A DNA stretch of 64,000 nt from Leucoraja ocellata (lineage: Eukaryota): the NCBI GenBank assembly GCA_036785375.1, contig JAWMAR010000400.1, positions 372,001 through 436,000 on the forward strand, given 5' to 3'. Below, one piece after another: positions 50,301 to 62,300 of this stretch; positions within the stretch are counted from its first letter, which is position 1; each line of letters begins with the position of its first letter. The position numbers and the translations under genes were made by a program. Under the pieces are notes generated by a model. The model was not told the origin of the DNA. It saw only the letters and a list, made by a program, of their open reading frames with translations, and ran no database searches.

Positions 50301-53300
50301 CAGCTCCACGACGGTCAGCAGCTGCCCGTTTCCTATGCGTCCCGCACCATGACCCCTGCCGAGCAGCGCTATGCCCAAATTGAAAAGGAACTCCTTGCTG
50401 TGGTATTTGCTTGCTCGAGGTTCAAGGACTACATTCTGGGCAACACCTTCACGATTGAAACGGATCACCAGCCGCTAGTAACCATTCTTAACAAGCCGAT
50501 CCACGCTGCTTCCTCTAGGCTGCAGCGTATGATGTTGCAGCTGCAACGGTTTACTTTTACCATCGTTTACCGCAAAGGCAAAGACATGTTCGTGGCCGAC
50601 ACACTGTCCCGCGCCCCTCTGCCTTCCTCTGCCCGCCACCCCTACGAGTCGTCGGACCTAATGGTGCTTAATGTCAACGTTGTGCCTTCCAAGCAGATGC
50701 AGTCCCTCATCTCCCACACTGCCAAGGATCCTGCCCTGCAGCTACTGTCCGACATCATCATCCAGGGTTGGCCTGAACGCCGCTCCTCCTTGCCGGCCAG
50801 TGTAGTCCCATACTTCCTGGTCCGCGATGAGCTCGTCCTGCACGACGGCGTGGTGGTTAAGGGGCACAAGGTCGTAGTGCCCGAGTCACTGAGGGTTGCC
50901 TATTTTCAGTCTGCCCACAACGGTCATCCTGGGGCCGAGGCCACTCTGTCCAGCGCCCAGGGCCAGTTCTACTGGCCCAGCATGGCCAACGACATCCGGG
51001 AGTGGGTCTCTGCCTGCCCTTCTTGCAACAGCCTGGCTCCACATCAACAACGTCAGCCGCTGCTGCAACAACCTGCCCCTGATCTCCCCTGGACAGCGGT
51101 CGCTACTGACATTTTCGAGTGGCGTGGGAAACACTTCCTGGTCCTCGTCGACTCCTATTCCAACTGGTTTGAGGTCGACCAACTCCACTCTCTCTCCTCC
51201 TCGGCTGTCATCGGGAGGCTGCGTCGCCACTTTGCCACTTTTGGCTCCCCTGCTCGCCTCCAATCTGACAACGGCAGCCAGTTCACCAGTGCCGAGTTCC
51301 AGCGTTTCGCTTCTCAGTGGAACTTTAAACATTTTACCAGCAGTCCTGAGTACCCGCAAAGCAACGGCCTGGCGGAGCGTGCAGTCCGCAGTGCTAAGGG
51401 TTTGCTGGAGCACTGTCGGCTGTCCAAGTCGGACTTCCACCTGGCCCTGCTTAATCTCCGCAACATCTCCCGCGACCCTGCCCTGGGTTCGCCGGCACAA
51501 CGACTGCTGTCTCGCAGAACTCGCCCCCCCCTCCCTGTTGCCCAACAAGCCCTAGCTCCCTCTGTTCTCCCGCCCGCCATGGTCCAGGAGCGTATCACCG
51601 CCAAGCACGACTCGCAGAAGCGCTCCCACGACCAGTCCTGCCGCCCCCTGCCGCCTCTGTTTCCCGGCCAGATCGTCCGGATGCAGACTACCTCTGGCCA
51701 CTACAAGCTAGCCACGGTGGTCGGCGATACCGGCTCACCACGGTCTTACCTGGTTGACCACGACGGCGTCATTTACCGCCGTTCCCGCCAGCATCTGCTG
51801 CTCGTTAACGAGCCCCCACCTCCGCCTGCTGCTCCCTTCTCCCCTCCCTTGCCGGAGTCCGCTCCTGCCGCCCCACGGATGCCCCGATCCCTCCCTTCAC
51901 CGTTGGTTACGCCACCGTCTCCGCCCCCCAGCCCTCGTTCCCCCTCTACCCCGCCGGCGGTTGGGTCTCCGCCCGCTCCTGTGTTTTCTCCTGCTGGATC
52001 TCCACCTGTTTCCCCAGTTCGCTCGCCTGCCCCGGCCCCGGCCGCTCTTGTTCCTGCAGGGGGAGGAGGTGGCGAGCATCGCACCCGGTCTGGCAGGCTG
52101 GTCAAGCCGCCGGTTCGATACGGGGATTTCGTTTAGCTCTGTAATCATTATATGCCTGCTTGTAGCGCATGAGACGTGGTCGCCCTGTCACTGTTTTATC
52201 GCTTTGTTCCAAGAGGAAGGATGTAGATGGCTAGTGCATGTGCCTTTAACATAGTGACCTTACCACCCTTAACCACTCCCCTTATCAGGGGTATAACTGC
52301 ATGTTCCCTCCCTGGTGTCTCTCTCTCTAGCTCTGGTGACAGACCACGTACAGCTAGTATAGCACTTATGTGAACAGTTAATAAAAGCTACAGTTAAGAC
52401 AATGTGTTGATGAGACTTCTTTACAATACCGTTAGGTTGTAAGCTACCCAAGCATAATGAGGTGCTGTTCCTCTAGTTTGAGTGTGGCCTCACTCTGTCA
52501 AGAGAGGAGGCCCAAGACAGGAAGGTCAGTAAAGGAATGGGAAAGGGAGTTAAAATGGTTAGCAACCAGGAGATCCAGGAACCCTTGAAGAACCAAGCAC
52601 AAGTGTTCAGCAAAACGTTCGCCAAATCTAGCATAGACTGGATCTAGATACTGGATCTCCCGACTGCAAACTATTTTAACTCCCCTTCCCATTCTCATAT
52701 TGACCTTTCTGGCTGGAGCCTCCTCCATTGCCAAAGTGAAGCCACACATAAACTGGAGGAACAGCACCTCATATTCCACTTGGGCAGCTTACAGTTTTAA
52801 TGGTATGAACATTGAATTCTCCGAATGAAGGTAACTTATCTACAACAGATGCTGTCCAATCTGCTGGGTAGGATAACTTCTTTATTATTTTAGACTCTTT
52901 CTCCCTGTCATTTCTATTTCTACTTAGTTAAACCTTTTGGTTCTAACAATAAGAACTACTTGAATTAATAGAACAGCTTTAAAAAATGTAAAATGTACAA
53001 AGATTCTGATCGGGAATGTTTCATTCACAACAGTTTCATACCTGCATATATGAGTAAAAGCTTAGTTTAAAGGAGGGGAGGAGGAAAGACAAGAGCTGCA
53101 AAGCCTAGATATCATTAATAAACTTGGTGTCAAAAGAGACCAGAATTGGACATTGGGCTGAAGGGGTTAATGAAATTGTGAGGGTTAAGGCAATGAAAAG
53201 ATAGGGTAGGAATTGTGAAATCCAGGTATGGGTAGATCAGGAATTAATTTAGGTTGGCCTAGCTCAGGAATACTGAACAATCAGGCCTGGTGCAAGTCAG

Positions 53301-56300
53301 GTGATGGTGGCAGAGTTCTGGCCGAACTCAGTTTGTGGATTGTGGGGTCTCCAGGAAAGGAACCCCGCTTGGATTATGAGGTCTCTAGGAAAGGAAATGA
53401 TGGATTCAGCAAAAGATGTAGTACAAGGAGCAGATAGATAATATTGTAAGGTGGAAGTTGAGCCAATGCACAGAGATATGGTGTTGGAAGTCAGACTAGC
53501 AACTGGATACAAAATATTGGTGATGGGTGGTATGGATGGGGTGGTTGAGAGCCTCTTGGAGACTGATTTTTCAGATGCTTTGCTTATAAAAAGCAGGTGA
53601 GTGAGAAAGAGGAGGGCATTGTCACATCCTTCATGGGTTGAAGCACAAGAACAGGAAGGGAGGATTCTTGTCACTAACTGGATAAAGATGGTTGTGGTTT
53701 GTGACCTTGTTCAGGAGCACTTCATTGCTGAGGCTGGAAAAGAAATCTGATGGTAGGGAGGGGGGATGGGGTTCACACAGAACACCTAACATGACACAAA
53801 CAAGTTGTCAGGCTCGTCATCTCATGTGTAGGAAGGAGCTGACTTAAACCGAAGATAGACACAAAAAGCTGGAGTAACTGAGCGGGACAGGCAGCATTTC
53901 TGGAGAGAAGGAATGGGTGACGTTTTGGGCCGAGACCCAAAGTCTGAAGAAAGGTCTCGATCCGAAACATCACCCATTCTTTCTCTCCACAGATTCTGCC
54001 TGCCCCGCTGAGTTACTCACGTTTTTTTTTGTCTATCTTAGTCATCTCATGTGCCTGAGGCTTTAGGCATGAGTGATCCTTTATCTAAATAAACAGCCTT
54101 TTGCTTTCCTTTTCAAATGAAAGATGCCCAAGTTAAAACATTGTCTGATTCTCTCTCCATGGATGTTTCCCAGCATTTGCTGATTTTATTCCAGATGTTC
54201 ATTTTTTGGATTTCCTTTGCCTCCTCTTTCTTTCCAAGATGCGCCAATCATGAAATGGAAAGAGTTCATCGTCTGATTCCTAAATTTGTCTGAACTTTAT
54301 CTTCGGAAGTTACCTCGTAAATTGCAAATCCAATGGTGTGAAAGCTGACGCCAATCTTGCGCTCCTTACGGCGGTTCTTTTGCATCAGAGCAACCACAAA
54401 CGTGCAGAGGACTTCATTGTCATCCGGATCATCGTCCTCCTCAAATAGTTTCAGCCGGTACTGCGGATTTGTCCAGAACGTGTCTGAAATGAAAGAATGG
54501 AGGGAAAACGATTTGTCACTGGTTGACAAAAGTGCCGGAGAAACTCAGCAGGCGCGGCAGAATCTATGGAGCGAAGGAAATAGGCAACCTTTCGGGCCGA
54601 AACGTTGCCTATTTCCTTCGCTCCATAGATGCTGCCGCGCCCGCTGAGTTTCTCCAGCATTTTACTCTACCTTCGATTTTCCAGCATCTGCAGTTCCTTC
54701 TTAAACGATTTGTCACTGGTGATCTGTTCTCACAGAGTCTAGAAGTAAAGAGAACAAAATACTGGAGATGGAACCGAGAAGGGAAGTCTAGGTGGTGCAA
54801 AGTCTAAGTCTGAGAAAAAAAGGAATAAACAAGGAGGAAGGAGGAGAATGAGAGGGAACACATAATAAAACATAAGCAGTAGTGCAGAAAAAAAAGGAAA
54901 CCAAGAGCAATAAAATTGGCGTCAGAAAAAGAATCAGATTGTCACAAAGACCCAGTGCAGGCATTTCCTCAGCCACTACCCACAACTCTTATCTGAGTGC
55001 ATCAGGCACCATTTTGCTGGCTGGCTCTTGTCAGCAAAAGGTCGGCTACACTTCACCATTGGACCACACTGTCTAACGGGAGCATTAGCGCGCTGGAGAG
55101 CCCCTGGATTCACTTCTTACATCACTTATCCTGGGCAGGATCCATGGCCTGATTCCTTTTTAATGACAATCATGCAGCTTCAGGGAAGGAAGATACGTTC
55201 GTAGTTTGAGTTGGCACATTCTTCTGTCACTGCATGAGCTACCTACAGGCATATCCAAAGATATGCACAACAGTACGTTAGTTGCCCAGTGTAAATGAAA
55301 ATGTACCCTGGTGTGTAGGTAATATCTGGGGGTGATTTGATGGCAATGCAGAGAGAATAGGTCACAGAAAATGTTAGCTGTGAATGGGGCTCATTGAACC
55401 AGTATAGACGATGGGTAAAAATGTCCTCCTGTGTCATAAGGAGATACGAAAATACTAAGAAAATATTATTAGCTCCTTCACAAGATTTGGAAGTTGAATA
55501 CAGTCTCCTCTCATTCCAAAATAAGTAAACAGTGAAAGATAACTGTGGAGGAGGAACAGGTAGGAAGTGGCAGGGAGAGAGGAGAGAGGAGGGAGGGGGG
55601 AACGAGAGGCACGACAGGTAGTTGAGAAGAACCCACCTGGATAGTTCCGGCAGCCTCCAGCGGAACAGCCCCTTACCCACCGCCCTTCATTGATGGAGAC
55701 CGTCCACTTATGGAGCTTGTCATCGTCCAGTGCGTCCGGCGTCAGGTTACAAATCTCCAGCTTTGTGTAGTTCCTCTTGAAATCATCAAAGGACATCCTG
55801 CAAGTGGCAAGGAGAGAGTGTATAGTGTTCCATCCAACATCCCACCATTCACTGGGAGCTTCAGGACTGGCTTGATTGAAAGATACAGCATGGAAACGGG
55901 CCCTTTGGCCCACCAAGACCATGCTGACCATCACATTGACATTGAAATGCCTTTATTAGTCGTTGTAAGCACGGCATGCAACAAAATTGTTATTGCCACT
56001 CCATTGGTGCATAATATACAAACATAAAAACACACGACACAATTTAAAAACAATGTTAAAACTAGGTATCAAGATAAATAAGTAATTAGTACTGCACATG
56101 GTGATAGTAAAGTTCAAGGTGGGTAGCAGCATGGAAGAGTGCAGCATGAATAATTGAGTGTGGAGATTGCTTTGGAGAAGAAACTGTCTCTGAGTCTGGA
56201 ACTGCGTGTTTTGGCTGACCTGTAACGCCTGCCAGAGGGCAACAGTTCAAAAAGGTGGTGCGGAGTCTTTGATGATTTTAGTGGCTCTGCTGAGGTGGCA

Positions 56301-59300
56301 ATATCCTCCAGAGAGGGCAGTGGGAAGTCGGTGATTCTCTCTGCTGTTTTTACCACTCTCTGGAGTGCTTCCTTATCTGCAGCAGAGCAGCCTGCATACC
56401 ACACGGACATGCAATATGTCAGTAGACTCTCAATGGTCGCCCGGTAGAAGGCCACCAGCAGCTTCTTCTAGGTATTGTGCCTCCTGAGCACTCTGGTTTT
56501 ATGTTATGTCACTTTTGCATCCACTCCCGACACACCAGGGGCAATTTACAGCAGACAATTAAACTATAAATCCACACATCTCTGGGATGTGGAATTAAAC
56601 CAGAGTACCTAGAGGAAACCCACATGCGTGTTTATTTGTAAGAAAGGAAGGAGGAAAAGAAAAAAGGAAAAGGTCACCCAATGGAGGGAAATAAACCAGA
56701 CCATTCTGCCCGTCAAGTCTATGTTGGCTCTGAGATCATTTCCACCATCCCATTCTGCCACTGATTTTTTTCTCACATCCCATTAACTCCTCCTGATACT
56801 CCTGCCACCCATTTGCACACGGAGTAATTTACAGTGGCAAATTAACCTGTCAACTCACATGTCTTCGGGTCATGGGAGGAAACTAGAGCACCTGGAGGAA
56901 ACCCACCCAGTCACAGGGAGAACATGCAAACCCCATGCAGACAGCATCGGAAGTCAGGATCGAACCGGCGTCTCTGGAGATGTGAGGCAGTGGCATTACC
57001 ACCTGTGCCCAATGTGCCACTCATCTCTTTATGACCAGGAATTCTGTTCACCTGTGGAGGACTACAGGGTTTCAGATTCTCCAAATTTCTGGTTCTTCTG
57101 TCCTCCGAGCACCTCCTTCATTGCCCTTGGGATTGTGAGACTGGGCAAGGGTAACTTACTTCAGGGAATCAACCAGTATGGGTAAAGATGGTGGCGTCAG
57201 AGGGCTATCTGATCACTGGAACACTCACAGGGAGGAGGAACTGATAGCCATGGGAATCAGTGATCAGAAACATCAAAAAACATACTGTCACAGTCAAAAG
57301 TGGGTATTGCCGACAATCTCCACTGAACTTCCCAGGAAGTTTTCATGTAATTCGGACTTCCAAGCTCACCCAGTAAACCTATTTTAGGGTCAGGTGGTGC
57401 GAGGGGAATGGCAGTAGAAAGGCCAACCGCAGTGCTTAATGTCAGGCAACAGAATGTTCATCCTCACCAGAACTCTCCGTCGTCTTTCATTAGATGATGC
57501 AGCCGCTGTTTTTGTGATTTCTCAATCTCAGACCACTCCCGAGCCCTGGAACGGGAAGGGAATACCTTCATCAGACCTGAACGCACTCACCTCTTTCCAG
57601 CCTCGCCTTATTCTGCCTCCCCCTACGGAAATGGAAACCAGGAACCTCCATAGCAGTGACAACACCTGCTGGGGGAGGGCTTCACCATGTCCAGACAGTG
57701 AGTGTTACAAACAGCTTACAACAATAAAAATAACACCTTGAACATTCCAAAATGTCCCTAGGAACTTCATTCGAGCATTTTCAAATAAAATGTGCCACCA
57801 AGCCACATACTACGGGAGACAATCACAAACTTGGTTGTCATGGTCTACTTGGGCCAAAGAACCTGTTTCCATGCTGTATGACTCTACACCTTTATTTAAA
57901 CCTGTAACCTGGTTCTAGATTCCCCCACAAGAGGAAATATCCTCCATACATTCACCTATCAAGCCTGTCAAGATCTGATGTCTTTTAATCTAACCTGTTA
58001 TTCTTCTAAACTTCTAAACACCGGCAGGTGCAAACCTAGTCTATCCACCCTTTCTTCAATAGCTTATTTGGGATAGTAGCTATTGGTCTAATAATCCTTC
58101 GCTGAATTGCTTCTAACTCTTTAATATCCTTCCTTAAATAAGACCAATACTGTACACAGTATTGTTCTGCACTGTCCTGTATTTTTACTTATGCTTAATA
58201 GGTAAATCATAATCTCATTTGAATTGGTTTCCTCCCAGTAAGTATGATCACATTGTTAGTTTTCATAATTACTTGCTGTACCTCATATTATACTTTTGAG
58301 AATAATGCACAGAAACCCAGACCCCTCGGCATCTTAGAGGTCCATAATCTCCCACCATTTCAATAATATGTTTCCTAGCAAAATGGACAACACGATGTCC
58401 CACATGTACTCCATTTGTCAGAATTATTTTCCCCACTCACTAAACTTATCTAACCTCTCTTTGATGTCCTTTTCACATGTACGTTTCTTCCTGTCCTTGT
58501 GCCATCATCTCCTTCATTGACATTGAATGTAAAAGGTTGAGGTCCCTGGCGATCACCACATTACATCTTACCCACCAGGTAAAGACTCTTTCATGCCCAG
58601 ACACTCTCCACAGACACTCTACAAGGAACCGCAGATGCCGGTTAATACAGGAAAATACCACAAGAAAAGTGCGGGAGTAACTCAGCGGGTCACGCAGCAT
58701 CACTGAAGAACATTGATAGGCGACATTTCAGGTTGGGACTCTTCTTCAGGTGGAGAAAGCTGGAAGAGACATGGGGACAGGACAAAGTCTGGCAAGTGAT
58801 AGGAGGATACAGGTGAGGGAGGAGGGGGTTGATTGGCTGATGGCTGGACAAATGCCAGAGGTGAAAAGACAACAATTGTGAGATCAGGAGATAAGGATTG
58901 AAGAGGAAAAGATTGTGAAGCCAGAAGATGGAGTAGACTGGCTAACAGGACCCAATCTTTGTGTCCTGTTAACCAGCAGTCTTCTACCCTGTCAGTATGT
59001 TAACCTCACACATCAAGAACTACTAATTTCCGCACTAACCTTTGATGTGTTGTCTTTTTAAATGCCTAGAAAGTGTAGACATCCACCAGTTCCCGTATAC
59101 TCACAACGCGTATTACACTTAAGATTACAAGTGAAAGCTCTGCCCTTGAATTCCTTTTCAAATAAAAGGTTTGACTATCCACGTACTGTTTCAAGAAACC
59201 CTCTATGTCACATCTCACAACTTCTGTCTAAGCCTTTGACACTGAGCGTCCCCAGTCAATATTGGGGCAGTTAAAGTCATCCACTAAGACAACCTTGTTG

Positions 59301-62300
59301 CATTGGCATCTTTCAGTCATCTGTCTACACATCTGATCCCCCGTCTCCTGCTTGCTAATGGAGGCCTATAGTACACTACCATTAGTATGCTTGAATCTTT
59401 CTTATTTCTAAGCTTTACCCATATCGCCTCAGCAGACGAACCCTCCATTATATCCTCTCTCATGTTGTTGTAACAGTCTCCCTGATTAGTAGCTCAACTC
59501 ATCCACCTCTTTTGCCTCCCCTCGATCACATCTGAAACATCGAGACACCGGGACATTGAGATGCCAGTTGTATCCCTCTCCCAATGGTGTAAAAGTCTGA
59601 ATCCTTGCCCCCTGCACTATCTCCTGAGCCACACATACATCTGTTCTATTCCTACCTTAATTAGCGCATGGCACCGGGAGTAATCTGGAGATTACAACCC
59701 TAGGTGTCCTGATTTTTAATTTCTGCCTAACTTCCAATATTCACTTTGCAGGACCTCATCCCTTTTCCAACCTATTGATGGCCAACTGAGGGAAAACGAT
59801 GAAGTGATGAACAAAAAAAGAAATTCAAAGAGTCTTGGAATATCCCTGAAGAGTTACAACATTTCCACACACCGAGGGGAACAACACTCGTTGAATTGTC
59901 GTGTTTGGCAAACCTGCATATAATGTGGCGCTCATTCATACAAAGAAGTTGAAATGGAGAAAGCAAAAAGGAAAACAAATCGCAAACCACTAACTTCAGA
60001 GTTCCTACTGACCTGTGTCAAAGGAAGCCCAGATTGGTCTAATCAGCCATCTCTGTAGGATCACAGGACTATACACTAGATGTCATGATCTTACTCGAGA
60101 ATGAATGACAAAGAACAACACCAACAACAAAATGGAGACAAAATGAAACAATACCACTTTATTTATCCCAGAGGAGACGCAATGAACTGCAGATGCTAGA
60201 ATCATGAACAATGGACAAAGCACTGGAGTAACTCAGTAGGCCAGGCAGCATCTGCAAGATTGCAAGATGTAGGCCAATGGTGAAGGACTAGCATTATATT
60301 TCCAAGCCAGGATGGTGTGCGAGTTGGAGGGGAACCTGCAGGAGGTGGTGTTTACCCTCAACTACTGCCCTTTTCCTTCTTGATGGTTTGGGAGATACTG
60401 ACGGAGTAGCCTGGTGAAATAGCAATGCATTTTGTAAATGGTTCACACTGAATTTGTAGATTTATGCTAGTGGTGGAGGGTAAAGTACCAAACAAGCAGC
60501 CTGCATTGTATTGTCGAGCTTTGTGAGTGAAGTTGGAGCTGCACTCACTCTGGCAAGCAAACAAACACCTGGTCTTTGTTATTAGGCTGCTCCCCGGATG
60601 AAGTCACAGAGCCCATGGTGATATACGGGTGGGGTGGGAGGGTGTGGGACAGACATGTTTTTCTTTTGCCCTCCAGACTTCCTTCAGTGCTATTTCTCTC
60701 AGGTCATTGGTTAACAATGAGAAGCTGGAACTTACAAACTGCAGGGACACTGAGATCAGCCAGAGTGGGTATTAATTAAGTATTGACAAAGAAAACAAAC
60801 TGGACCACATCTATAATTTCTAAATCTCTAAATGTTTGGAAAAAAGGAAAATGTACTTATCACTCCAGGCCCCGTTCCACTCAACCGAACCCCATGGATT
60901 CCTCAAACGTAACAACTTTATCTTCTGGTTTCGATACGTGACCTGAGGTCAAAATTACCATTGTTACATGGGAACAGGAACTTAAAGACATGTCAATAAA
61001 CACAAACATGGGAACCCTGATATTACCTCCATATCTGCAACCAAGAATTTATTCCTGAAAATGTGCCTATGTTAATGTTTTTAAATTTCTCCCAACTACT
61101 CTCCCAATCTTAGAATATGTGGAAAATAACCTGGGAGAGGGTGGGAGTATGGCTGAAACCTTACCAATGTCAGGATGAGTTTGCATTGTGTCGGGCTCTT
61201 CAGAGCTATCAGATGTCATAATGAACAAATCATATTTCTAACATTTCCAGGCCAAATTCAACCACTTGCAAAGCTTGTTCCGACACGTCTGGTCAGGATC
61301 CACTGTGGATGCCAGGTGTTTTTCCAGCACTGGAAACTCGCCTAATAATGATCCCATTTTCCCATGCCACAACACAAGTAGGAACTCCCGGATCTATAAT
61401 TCAACCATCATCTGGAAGTATTAAAGAAAGCTGCCCTGTGAACCAGAGTTCTTCATTCGTGTTCCTCGTAAAGGATGACTCTCTGAGGACTTCACAATGC
61501 TGCTGTAACACTCGCTGGAGGATGTTCAAAGTTATATAAAACCATCTCGTGAGGTGTTTGACGTTTTGTCAAGGCTGTGGAGGCTTGGTGACCGCGTTCA
61601 TTCAAAACAGGGATTGACCGATCTCTGGATATTAAAGGAATCAGCGGATATAGGAATGGTGCAGGAAAATGGCACTGAGGTAGTTGATCAGCCTTGATGA
61701 ATGGTGAAGCAGGCTTCGGGGCTGTGGCCGATTCCTGCTCCTATTTCTTATTTTTATATTAAAAAGATATGTTGAAAGATATTTTTAATTTGAAAAAATA
61801 TTCCCGATTAACATTATTAATGTGTGAATTTTAGGCTTGGCAACACGGTGAACTTGGCAAAGTCAGGGAGCTCAGGGTAGAAAACCCCATTTCTGCTGTG
61901 GAGAAGGAGACACAACAGCATACCTTGATGTCTTTGCAGAGCGTCAGCAGGCTCAGGTTTATTAAACGTGGTCCTTCCTGAGAGTGACACTCTGCAAGCA
62001 GTCGTCCAGTGATGCACATACTAGCTTGCTACACAGAGGCCAAGGCTATGGTCACACTCAATTTTCTAGCGAAGATAGATATAAAATGCTGAGTAACTCA
62101 GCGGGTCAGGCAGCATCTCTGGAGAAAAGGAGACATGACCTCAGGAAGGGTGGAGTCCATAAGGGCCTATTGTTGGCTGGGGAAGATGTGCTATCGAAAA
62201 GGATACAAGGATGCAAACATTAGAACTGGTAGCATCTTCCCCAGCCAAGAATGGGCCATCATGGACCACCCATCCTGGGGTCATCTGTTGCTGGTGCTGA

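Larger units (their letters stand above)
47729..52425 (+). mobile_element. Full-length Ty3/Gypsy (Mag-like) LTR retrotransposon in CAPN3 intron 11, antisense to the host
   Basis: 204-bp TG..CA LTRs (47729-47932, 52222-52425) with 1 mismatch; 5-bp TSD ATACC (47724-47728, 52426-52430); TGG-starting PBS at 47933; PPT AAGAGGAAGGA at 52211-52221; intact gag-pol. Confidence 0.97.
47380..52835 (-). mobile_element. Penelope-like remnant split by the Gypsy insertion (47380-47728 and 52426 to about 52835)
   Basis: The flanks rejoin as CAATGTTCATACC|GTTAGGTTGTAAGCTACCCAAGC, matching 11428-11465. Confidence 0.75.

Noticed and set aside
48116-52254. Antisense and alternate-frame ORFs in the Gypsy element
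   Set aside because: Shadow ORFs of a GC-rich gag-pol; no env-like or other motif.
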